Assembly: GCA_964199315.1 (NCBI GenBank)
Contig: OZ116702.1
Location: 22,010,001 to 22,074,000 of the forward strand
DNA from: Orbicella franksi
Taxonomy: Eukaryota
Reading direction: 5' to 3'
DNA: 64,000 nt
Every line of letters begins with the position of its first letter. The stretch's first letter is position 1. The translations under genes and the position numbers were made by a program. Shown piece by piece: positions 11,401-22,200 of the stretch. The notes beneath the pieces are model-generated. The model searched no databases. It worked only from the letters and a program-made list of their open reading frames with translations, and was not told where the DNA came from.

Positions 11401-14400
11401 CGTTGGTATTTAACAACTTGAGACTAAATTTTGCCCGCGAATTCTCCTATAAGTGTCGCAAATTTGTACCTGAAACATTTGCTGCAATGCATTGTCTTCT
11501 TCGAGCCCAGCGAGCATAAGTTCCTAATCTATGAGTATCGAAACTTTTGCCCACAATATTGACTTGAACCATTTACGGGGAAACGGACATTCTTTAGACC
11601 CAACCACAATGAAAGCTCCAAGTGTTGCATTCCGCTTGGGATAGAACCTTGCCCTAAAACTCAACAAAATGACTCAGTTTAGCTTGGCTGGAGTTAAAAG
11701 TTTGTTCATATAGGAATAATGCCACCCTCTAATAATATACCTGTTATTAAGGAGACCACTGAAGACCCCAGAACAGACCAAGCATGTTGTGCAAATATTA
11801 CTGCTTTTATACCGGCTAATCTTGACTGAGAGGTTTTTTTGCGATTCTTGTCAATCGTTTTAGTTGAAGACGGAACATGTGTCTGCACTGGGATTGAAAC
11901 CTGAGCGAAGCGATATGAAGAATGTTGAACTAGTTATACTAGCAGAAAGAAGAGAAAGAAGAGATTCTCTCATAGTATAAAGCACAACGAAACTTCCGCT
12001 CTTTATTAATTTGAGACAGAAGAAGTCCGTATTCATCATGACCTGATTCACAAAAACGTTATCTGACTGATCTCTCAGAAATGCGCCGGGATCTCGCAGC
12101 CAACAAGCAGCCATGAAAACGGAAAAATATCTCGCGATATTCAGTCAAGGAGCTGATCACCTGTCACTATACATAAATAAAATTAGAGCTGAGATTAAAT
12201 TGATAAATGTCAATTGCGACATTTGACATAAATGTTTCAAATTCTTCTGGAAACGTTGAGACTGGCGTCTTAGAGTATGCAAATCTCAAGGGCTTTGCGT
12301 TCCAACTTCCTTACTTACTTCCCAATGTTCTGCTTTGTTTAGGTCTCTTGGACCAAAAGAAACGCCCCCTCAGTTGGAAAATCCTAGGGAATGATAAGAT
12401 AGGTGATCGTTGCAAAACCTCGAGTTGATTCTGTCTTTAATCTCTGCATGGAAGCGATCAATTTTTATTGTAAAAAATAAATTCGGCAGGATCTGATTAA
12501 GACATGGCTCAGGGAAAACGTCTAATATTAATTAACAATTTTTTCCAAGGCAAACTGTATTGAATCAACGAAAAAAAAGAGTCGAGAGGAAAATATGATT
12601 TTAGCCTTGACACTTGCCTCTCGTGAGACACGGTTTTATGTTCAATATTTGATAACTGGTTATATATAGAAAGTCTTTTAAAGGTCGTATTCTTTAGTCG
12701 GCTTTTAAGTTAAATGCAACAAATATAGGGTCAAAACTCAATTTAAACCAGACCCATTTTTTTTATTCAAAATAGGAATTTGCGAGAAAATTTTTCGTGC
12801 AGAGTGTAAAAATGTTGTTAATTATTTATTTCATCGTGCGCGTTTTGTCAACTCCTTCTTAAATAAGGTAGGAACTATTTTTCATTTTAAAACCATGCAA
12901 TTTCTATTGACGTGATAAATTTTACGCTTTTTTTTTCTTTGTTCATCGGTGCCCGAAAAAAACATTTTGACTTGTTGCAACTTTTTGAAGTTATTCTAGT
13001 CTGGAACTCAAACTGATTATCTGTAAAGGTTACCACACAAATATTTTTGAACTGAACAAAATATGATTTATAAATGAGATTTGTGGTACCGTGATAGTAA
13101 AATTTCACTGCCCCAACAACCGAGTAACGAAGGGTTTTTCCTTTAACACAAGCATTTCCTTGTACGAAATTTCAGAGAGCAAATTTAGCTCATCAAAAAC
13201 ATCTCACGTCTGTTTCGTGTTGTCTGAGTGAGTTCTTTTTCTGGCATGGGGAGGAGATTTCACAGAGGGTGATTGCAAAAACACGCTTTAGCTGCTAAAT
13301 TTAGAGTAACAATTAGCTGGCTCCGTCATGTCTCCTGATCAAGAATAACTGCAATTAATAAATGATGAGTCTGACCGAGATTTCTCATGCAAATCCTAGA
13401 TTTTCAAAACAAAGTTCTTATCTTGTATTCCCCGGGGTTCAATTTATCTTGTGGAGGGTTGGCTGATAATTCGTGGGCTGATAGTTTTAGTCAGCACTTA
13501 AGGCTCACTTAATTTTTCCCCGAGGAGTCTTTTTGATGATTCTCAAATTCGCGAAAAAGAAAACGTATGGTTTGTCACAAAAAAAGATAATCCCTGGCCG
13601 ATGTTTGGTACAGATTTGAACTCCATTTGTTTATCATCTGTTCCAGCAATAAACTTGTGGACTGAAAAACAGTTGAATATCCTGTATTGTTCCCAAACGT
13701 TTCCAAAGCTCGCCAAGTCGAAGTGCTTTTTTTGCATATCACTCATAACTGTCTAGATGATTTTTGCACTGAAAACATTTTTGTGCGTGGGAAGCAACGA
13801 ATACCTAATACTTCTGAAGAGAGGGTAGAAAAGAAAATATTTGAATTACAATTAATTGAGTTAGTTATCGCCTTGAAAAAATCGTCGACTAACATTCATT
13901 CGTCTTTGTTTCTGCACAGCTCGTACAAGCAGTTAGCATATTAGACTATCTTACACAGGGTTTTATCTTTAGTAAATAGGCCAAGTAACAATGGCTGATC
14001 TTCAGTGCCACTAACAAGTGCACTTTGGTGAGAATCTGGTAATAGGCAAAAGAGAAGATGGGTAGAGAAAGAGAGAGAGATTAGACTGCATTCAGATTCA
14101 TTTGCAAAACCAACTAATGAAAAGTAGTGATGTCTTAGCTTATATCTGAGGCATGTCTGGGTAGTCAAGGAAGGGGGGGGGGGGAGAGAAAGCCGCCTCC
14201 CTCGCTCAAGGCAAAGCTTCTGCTCTCTTTCAAAAGACCCGGGGGGTATCACAGGGTGGGTTATACAACCGATCATCAAAGAAGTGAATACCGCAGCAGG
14301 CGAGTGTAACTAAATTTTGACGGAAATGAGTAAGGTTTCCAAAGAGTTTTATATCTCGAAGTCGGCTTTTTTCATCGATTTATCCTTATAGGATTAACTG

Positions 14401-17217
14401 AATGGGTTGACTCTCATAATCATTTGCTGTTCAATCGTCTCTTTGTTTCAATAAAACCAAACGCAAGCACTCGGCAGATTACGTTTGAGATAAACTGGAA
14501 GAACGTCAAGTTCGATTGAACTAGGGCGATGAGATTAAACTGTTCACTCCTAATGATATCCCGCACAAAATTAAGCACATGCCAGGAAGAGATTTGACAT
14601 GAACAGCTTCGTTTAACTTTAATTATCCGTAAGTGTCATCTGCAGAAACACGAGCCAACAGAGTGGTTAGAAGGCATAAGTTGTCATAATCTGTTTTCCT
14701 AGGTTCCATCTCCAGAAGTTTGAAGATTGCAGTTGCTTTGGATCTCTGCAACTGCTGTTGGTCTACCAATAGAATGTTCGATTTCTAAAAGTTTTCACCA
14801 GCAGCAGCTATAACATCGAAGTAATTTTAGGATTAACGTTCTGCAGAGCGTGCGTTTTGACAATAATGACCAACCTCTCCAAATAAGGCGCTTTTGGCAT
14901 TTCCTGTAAATACTCTCTTCGCTCAGTTCGCCTCAAATTAATTATCGCCAAGTCAGTTTACATGTAAACTTGTCGCGCTAAAAGCTGGCCCGATTATCAC
15001 TCTAATTAATCTTCATACTTGCTTTCGTTATAGCAATTAGCAGAGGACACGCCCATTTCTCGTGCCTCGACGAAAGTGAACAAACAACTTTGGCAGCCGG
15101 AATTGCCTATTTCAATAATGCGGCGCAATTAGACCGCCAGCTTTTTCTGTACGAAAAAAGATAGTAACAGCCTCAGGGAATGCTAAAAATGTGGGATTAA
15201 AGTATGAAACATTTCAAAAGGACTGTGGAGGTTTGATTTTAAGTCCGGAAGTGCGCACTGTACTCAATCAGGGGGTCTGACCAGCGCAGAATAATTAAGT
15301 TCTCTGGAAGAGACAAATAAGAGCCTTTTATTTGGTCAATTTGAGTAAACTATAGCACAAACTTCAAGTCGCTGAAAATGAGTTAGAATCCCTAATGCAA
15401 ACTCACTAGACAGTTTTTATCCGGAGTTTTAGCATTTGTTGAAAAAGAGAGATCCGCAGTGACAGCAAGCTTGCCGCGAACGAAAAGCGTGCGCTCACAA
15501 TACTATCCGACAATTGATCGCCACACGATAGGAAAATATTTTAATGAAGCAATCTGCATTTGAATAGCTGAAGTACCATAAACAAAAAACGAAATATAAA
15601 AAGATCAGTATCTTTGAATTCTTCAGATCCCTGTGGAAGCAAGTCCATTGTTCCAACACTTTTCTTCTCTCCTCGTAGTTTGGAGAGCGCTTGTAGTAAC
15701 ACTGGATATTGTGCTAAAGTCATAGCAGTGACGATTCAATAAAACGACAACGGTTAGCTAGATTACGAGGAAGAACATCTAATAAAACAATAACGGAAAG
15801 AAACTGCTTTACAAAGGTTAACAGTGACTACCAATTTGCAATGTCATAAAACATTAGAGGTGAAATGTATCTACAATAAGGAATGTTGTGGCTACTGCTT
15901 CACCCATATGATGAAACTAACTCGTAAACGATCTATTTCATTCGGAGAATGATCCTTATGCAGGCTGGAACTTCAGAGTAAACGGTAATTTGAATCGTCT
16001 CGTTCAACTTTTGTTTGAGTCGTGTTTCAATCGCTACACATGGCACTCTTCACGACAAGAATTCTGAACAAACATTTCATTTCAGCTCAACTATGTTTTT
16101 GCATTTCTGGCGTCTCCCATTTTAAGTTTGTCCAATTGGAGGGGTCCTTGGTGAATTCTCCCCAAATTGGTCTGATGCCGTGATCGATAGCTTAAAATTG
16201 GAACATCGATAAAACAAAACAATTTTGCAAGGACTGTGATGGGAAATGAAGGAGTGGTAGAAGTAAAGTGAGGCCCTTTGTGCGGAGATAAAGCCGCCAT
16301 TAAAGTGCGGTAAAATACCACGGAAATTCTGTGTTCTGGATTCGACGGAATGCGGGAACAAATCTAAAGAAACGCCGCCATAGAGAAGAGTGCACTATTT
16401 GCCATGTGTCTACTTTTAAAGTTAATAAAGTTTAATTAAATGCAGAGGGTTTGTCTTTGTTTGTGTTTCACTCTATGGATACCAAAATGATACAGACAGT
16501 GACATACGATAATGAAAGAAAGTCATTTGAATAAAATAAGGATTTCAACCCTTTCTTTTAGTAAACATTAAACTGACATGTTACTTTGCTTTACCATTAA
16601 TTACACTTGCGATAATTTCTATTCATGAGGGATCGAATTCTGGTATTCGATGCACAACTTATTGATGTAATGTGAATTGCTTGCGAGACACGCCTACACA
16701 AGAGATTTCTGCGTGCAAAATTTTGCTGTATACGTGGGAACCCATTCAAAATTAGATGGCCTTGCTAATTTCAGATCGAAAAAACAAATACAGTCTAGCC
16801 ACTGTTTGGACAAACCTTTCTGGCTAGTGGACAATAACGTAGATTTCTTACATTAAGAAATGGCTTGATTTACTTTCAGCAAGCAATGTTGACAAGAATC
16901 TGGAAGTCTACGAGGCAATAATTAAAATCTTTTTCTTGATTGGCCGAACAACAAGACTGAACATTGCCGCAAATTAACGACTCATTACTTTTAGCAGTTT
17001 TAGCGAAGTCTGAGCCAAAGTGGCAGTTAACCTCTCGCATTTTGAAAGTCTCCGACTCATTAGCAAAGGAAATGCACGGGTGATAAAATTTTTCGAATGC
17101 CTATTAATCGAAGCTAAAGCATTTTTTCGGGTAGGAAAAAAGCGAGCAATGCAGGCAGGTGTACGAGCTCAGGAAGTTGTTCAATAACACACCCTCGACA
17201 CGCCAGTCATTCAGATG

Positions 17218-17227
17218 AGCCAATCAG
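17218..17227 (+). promoter_or_regulatory. CCAAT (NF-Y) box upstream of hedgehog
   Basis: AGCCAATCAG ~190 bp 5' of the hh ATG, followed by a CRE/AP-1-like TGCGTCAT. Confidence 0.45.
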
Positions 17228-17412
17228 AAGAGGGTGCGTCATAGTCACATTGAAATACTGAGGACAAAATTGCCAGTGTCAGTTAAACATGTTGTTGAAG
17301 AAACGAACACTTTAGCGGAAGAAACGTCGTCGCTTATAATTTTCCTTAAAGCTGAACCTTTAGCCCCAGGGCATACTTCGAACAACCACACGATTGGCGA
17401 ACTTTGCATGCA

Positions 17413-17712
17413 ATGGAAATTACAAACTGTGCCTTTTTCTGTCATTTTATTTTACTATTTGGCGTGATACAGTTCAAGCCGTCACTCTCGTGCGGCTCCA
17501 GGAACGGTTATGGAGGAAAAGGCCCGAGAAAACCTCTTATGCTAACGCAGAGCATTCCTGACACTAGTGAATTCAGTCAACAAGCCAGTGGACCAGCTAA
17601 GGGGAAGATATCTAGAAATTCGCCGGAGTTCGAAAAACTTGAGCCGTGTTATAATAACGGCATAATCTTTCGCGACGAAGAGGGAACTGGCGCAGATCGC
17701 TTGATGTCGAAG
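17413..17712 (+). CDS. hh: Hedgehog exon 1 (signal peptide and N-terminal Hedge domain)
   Basis: Hydrophobic leader then C27-G; ...GKISRNS...IIFRDEEGTGADRLMSK|GTAGGA; phase 0 intron at the canonical LM(S/T)x|RCK position. Confidence 0.97.
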
Positions 17713-17911
17713 GTAGGAGTGCTTTCGTTTGTTTACTTTTTATATCTTACCTTTCATCACTTTAAATGCACAGCATGTAACTTCTTGTGAGGTTTATGTA
17801 CACTAGATAGGTCAGCGTGCGGGGCGCGATGTCCATTCATTCATAGATTCACAACAACCATCGTAAAAAAATCCGCGAACTTCCCTCATGTTGTCGATTT
17901 TTTTTCATTAG

Positions 17912-18173
17912 CGATGCAAAGAGAAATTGACAACGTTGGCGGGTTTAGTGAAAGGAGAGTGGCCCTCCGTAAAGCTCGTGGTGACCGAGGCTTGGGACGA
18001 ACAAGACCAGCACTCGCCAAATTCGCTGCATTATGAAGGGCGAGCTGTCGACCTACGTTTGTCCGACCGGGACAAAACGAAAATCGGTCTTTTGGGACGA
18101 CTTGCTGTCGAGGCTGGCTTTGACTGGGTTTTGTACGAAAGCAGATCACATATTCACGCTTCTGTTCGCGAAG
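17912..18173 (+). CDS. hh: Hedgehog exon 2 (Hedge domain core)
   Basis: TTTTTCATTAG|RCKEKL...[10 protein letters not shown]...[21 protein letters not shown]|GTAAAT; Zn ligands (His of SLHY, Asp of RAVD, His of HIH) intact; 262 nt, phase 1. Confidence 0.97.
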
Positions 18174-18644
18174 GTAAATACTCTTAATTTAATTCATGAG
18201 AGCTTAAGTTAATGATTTCGGAATGCCAGCTTTTTCATTTATTTTTGACTATGTAGCGATGAGAATGTAGCATTTTGTAATATAATTCTCCAGTGATCTG
18301 CCCGCGCACATTTCAAATTTCAGCTTACCTCGCGAAATCCTCTTTGAAGGGCGTGCGAGTGTTGTTTTGAATTGGTTTGCAGGAGTAATAACTTTTGTAC
18401 CGCCCCTACGGTAACACGCAAATCCAATTTTAGAAATACAAAGGAAGCATGTTAAGTCATTCCGGTCTCAGTAACAAAGGTTATTTTTCTTTGCCAATCC
18501 TGCGAAATTCCGCCATTCACCAAAACAAACTTTCGTCCGCGTGTTACATTACAAAAGATGAAGCAGTAATTGATGGTCTGTTAATAATCTTTCAAGACAG
18601 AAACTATATTAATGTAAAATTGTATTTTTTCTGCCGTGTTTTAG

Positions 18645-19282
18645 ATGGTTTTTCCGACAAACCGTGGGATGGCTGTTTCAGCTCCGATTCGACAGTCAAA
18701 CTAGAAAACGGTGTTGATCTACAGGTCAGAAATCTCAAAGTCGGTGATTTTGTGCAAGTTATGACGCAGCAAGGGAAGACTGGCTTCAGCGAAGTGGTGA
18801 TGTTTGCAGATTACAAGCCCAACATACCACAAGCTTTGCACGTTTTGATCGAGACTAAAAAGCCCGCGAAACATATCACTCTCACGCCTTCACATCTAAT
18901 CTTCACAAGTAATTCCTCAGGGACACAGCTTCACTCAAAACATGCGGGCAGCGTGCTGCCGGGAGATTTCCTTTTGGTTTCAGCAGACGACGGACTTGTT
19001 CCATCGCAGGTAAAGAGGGTTTCTCTTGTTAAACGAACTGGCATGGTTGCCCCGGTTACCATGGAAGGAAATGTAATTGTGGATGGTGTTGTGTCTTCTT
19101 GTTACGCCATGATAAGCGATCATGAAATCGCTCACATGGTCTTCGGTCCTTTGAGACTTGTACATAGTTATGCTCCGAGCTTGTGGAACACTGGTGGTTT
19201 TCATGTTCAACAAGGGATGCATTGGTATCCCGAGTTACTTATGACAATCAACAAAGCTTTTGGCCTCGTTAAGCTCTCGTGA
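18645..19282 (+). CDS. hh: Hedgehog exon 3 (Hint domain and sterol-recognition region)
   Basis: Acceptor TTTTAG; WDG|CF cleavage site (Cys codon 18674); MFAD, LTPSH, APVT..G..IVDG..SCYA, AHMVFGPLR, HWYPELL motifs. Spliced CDS is 1200 nt = 399 aa. Confidence 0.97.
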
Positions 19283-22200
19283 ATTTAATGTGTTGATGAT
19301 ATAATTAATGGCACGACAAATTATATTCTTTCTACTGAAAGATGTTCTTCTTTGACGAGTTTTTTTTAAATAGCTGCTCTACTGAAAACATCAAGAAACT
19401 GCTCAATACCTTTGTCATTTCATTTCCATATGTTTAAAAAGCCGTACGAAAAAAAAGAGCATTATTATTTCATGCATTATTGTGTTGAGATGTAGAATTA
19501 TCGACAAGGTATTCTGCAGTTGTTATAAGTCTAAAAGAAATCTCCACTTTGATAAAGTCGACTTGGCGGTGTGGAAGATAATTTAGAGTCGCTGTTTCAT
19601 TTTGTTGTCTTCACCTCGTGACTTTTGTTCAAGAAATTTGCATTATATTTTTGTGTCATAATCCAAGCACTGAAACAGTAGTTTTGCTATCACAGATTTA
19701 TTTCTTGCGACATTTAAGCGAGGTTTCGTTCATGATAGCAGCATTTCTCTGTTTCCAAAGATTTTTTTATGCCTAAAGATATTGAGTGTCAATGAAATAG
19801 CTTAGTGTGTTAAGGAAACTAGGGCACCTCGAACATAAATTAAGATAAATTAACAACTATTTATGTCTCTATTGTACAGTATTACGTAGTTTTGTATGGT
19901 ATTGTATAAACGGCTGGTCACCGATGTACAGTCAAGAAACTTTTGGTTTAGAGTATGAACTGAAAAACGAAATATTATGAAACAAATATTTGTACAAAGT
20001 AATGCCTATAGTAGTAGGAATTATGATTTGTTTTACAATGAAACTAACTCTGAAATATGGAGTGAAGACTCCATGTTCTTTAACTTAATACACATTTTGT
20101 AGAGTTGTGGCAATGACAGTTGGAGACTGAGAAAGTCAACTATAAAATCTGATAAAAAAAGTAGAAAAACAGCCGAAAACAAAGAAAGGTTAGAAATATG
20201 TGAACGGAAAAAGATTTAACATTATAGACGAGGTGTAGTGTTGTTGTGTCTAGAGAGTTCTGGTAATTCTCGAAGTATTTAGATGTATTATTTTAAAGCC
20301 CTTTTCCAGGACAGTGGTGTATTCAGTAAAAAACTGTCCCCTATAATACAGGGCCTACTTTACAAGAGATTCGGTTGAGTCAAAGATTTTCTAGTTTGCA
20401 CAGAAGGCTCAAATTTAATATATTGTGCAACAGTCTTGTGTACAGAGGGAAGCCTTTCTCATTTTGTAGGTCAAATTCTTTTGATGCTCGGTTCACGAAA
20501 GTTTGTTTTCTCGCTCGCAGAGAATTGCCTTTATAAGGTTTGCTTCGTGATACAAGGTATCTAGTGACTTTCAAACCAGGTAGTTATTCCTGGATTGTGA
20601 AAACAGGGTGTTACTCGAGAAAAAAAAAAGTGCAAAAATTACACTCATGATTTAGTAGCAATATTAAAGCAAGTTGCAACGTAAACAGTCATTGTGTTTG
20701 TGAAATATCTGTTGTGGGTTGTTCCTGGCTTTCTTCAGCTGCTTCAAGTCATCTGTTTTGAATCTTCTTCACGTCAAATGGAGTAACTGGGTAGGAGAGA
20801 AAAATAATCTTAAAATTTGTTTCGGAGTGCTGCGAACCTTGATATGATCAATGGCCTTGCGACACTCGCGACCATGCCATTTTAAGTCATAAAATGGTAT
20901 CGTCGAAAATCCACGATTTTATGATCAGGATTTTCAATGTATAATGAAGTTCTTCTTGCACTCAGGACGGACAGGGCTTGTAAAATTAAATTAACACATA
21001 AAAAAATTTAATCGCGTCACAAGAAAGTCCGTCAGCACTTCGATGCAATTAGACACGAGCCGTCAACATTGTGCAAGTGGGCGTGAATTGTTTGAATTAT
21101 GTCCCCTCCACGCTCTGTCTTTTGAATGTTATGATCTGACGACTTCAACACAAATTTTCTTCAGTAAAGTAGTGCCACCAAAAACAGTGAGATACTAGGT
21201 ATTTCTTATTTCACAAAGGAACAAGGAAGCAAATCTCGCACTAAACGCCATCAGTCCTTAATAATTAATTAGCAACTGTGTTTTCAAAACAATATTACGC
21301 CCAGAGATAATTTGATTATAAACTGCTCTCATAAACAATAGTCGAGTTTATTTCAAGATATCTTCCCTAAATTGATAAAACTGGACTACAAACATCGCAC
21401 AAAATGCTAGCCTGAATGCTGCAGTAATGGCAATCTTTGTTACAAATTTAAGTTCGCTGTCCAAAAGAAACGGCATACTTTGTCTCCGAGAATGATTTCC
21501 TGTGGAACATGTCTTCGAGAGGCGTTAAACGACACGGCATCTGAAGAATCTTTTGACGTTGTATTTAAGGTGTTAAGTGGTTTTTAACGAAACAGATCTT
21601 GCGGTTACCTTAAGATCCGCCAATGATAACAGTTGAGCAGTGTCTGAGAACCATCCGACGCGCGCATCCCGCGTAGTCGAAAAGGTGTCAAAATGTGCGG
21701 CGAGGTCAGAGCTTCACGCACGGAAATAGAATTAAAAACAACGCAGAAGGAAGGTGTTAACTGTGGTAAACTCACCATGATATTATTTTGAACTCATCTC
21801 TGAGGCATTTAGATACTGAAGTTGTCGCTTCGGGTGAGTTTTATTTGCAAAACTCGAGTGCGTGTAAGAAACCACTCGCTTAATGGCAATGATGGCCCGA
21901 TGCAGAGCAGATTTCACTTCTTAAGGCAGACAGGCGACAAACGATTCCCACAATTAAATGATAAACTAGCAATTATCCGTAAGGGATACTTTACTGATGA
22001 AGGCATTGTTCGTGTTCATTAATATCCCGTGGACAGATCGGTTTCACGCAAAAAAAAAGAAACAAAAAATACATGTTCACTGTGACAAAGTGACCTGTAT
22101 TTAGGTGTGGGCGAGACTGAATGAGTCTGGCGTAGTATGAGACAAATCTTGATGACAAACAAAACCCCTTACTACACCCACTCGCTCAGTTTGCGACTGA

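Noticed and set aside
11706-12114. - strand gene starting MAACWLRD with a TCTCGCGA-like motif upstream
   Set aside because: No consistent exon chain or recognisable protein could be built.
18449-19282. 277-aa ORF as a stand-alone gene
   Set aside because: It is hh exon 3 plus intronic read-through; splice phases join it to exons 1-2.
14000-20000. GLI binding sites (GACCACCCA) around hh
   Set aside because: No exact match seen by eye; a PWM scan would be needed to exclude weak sites.
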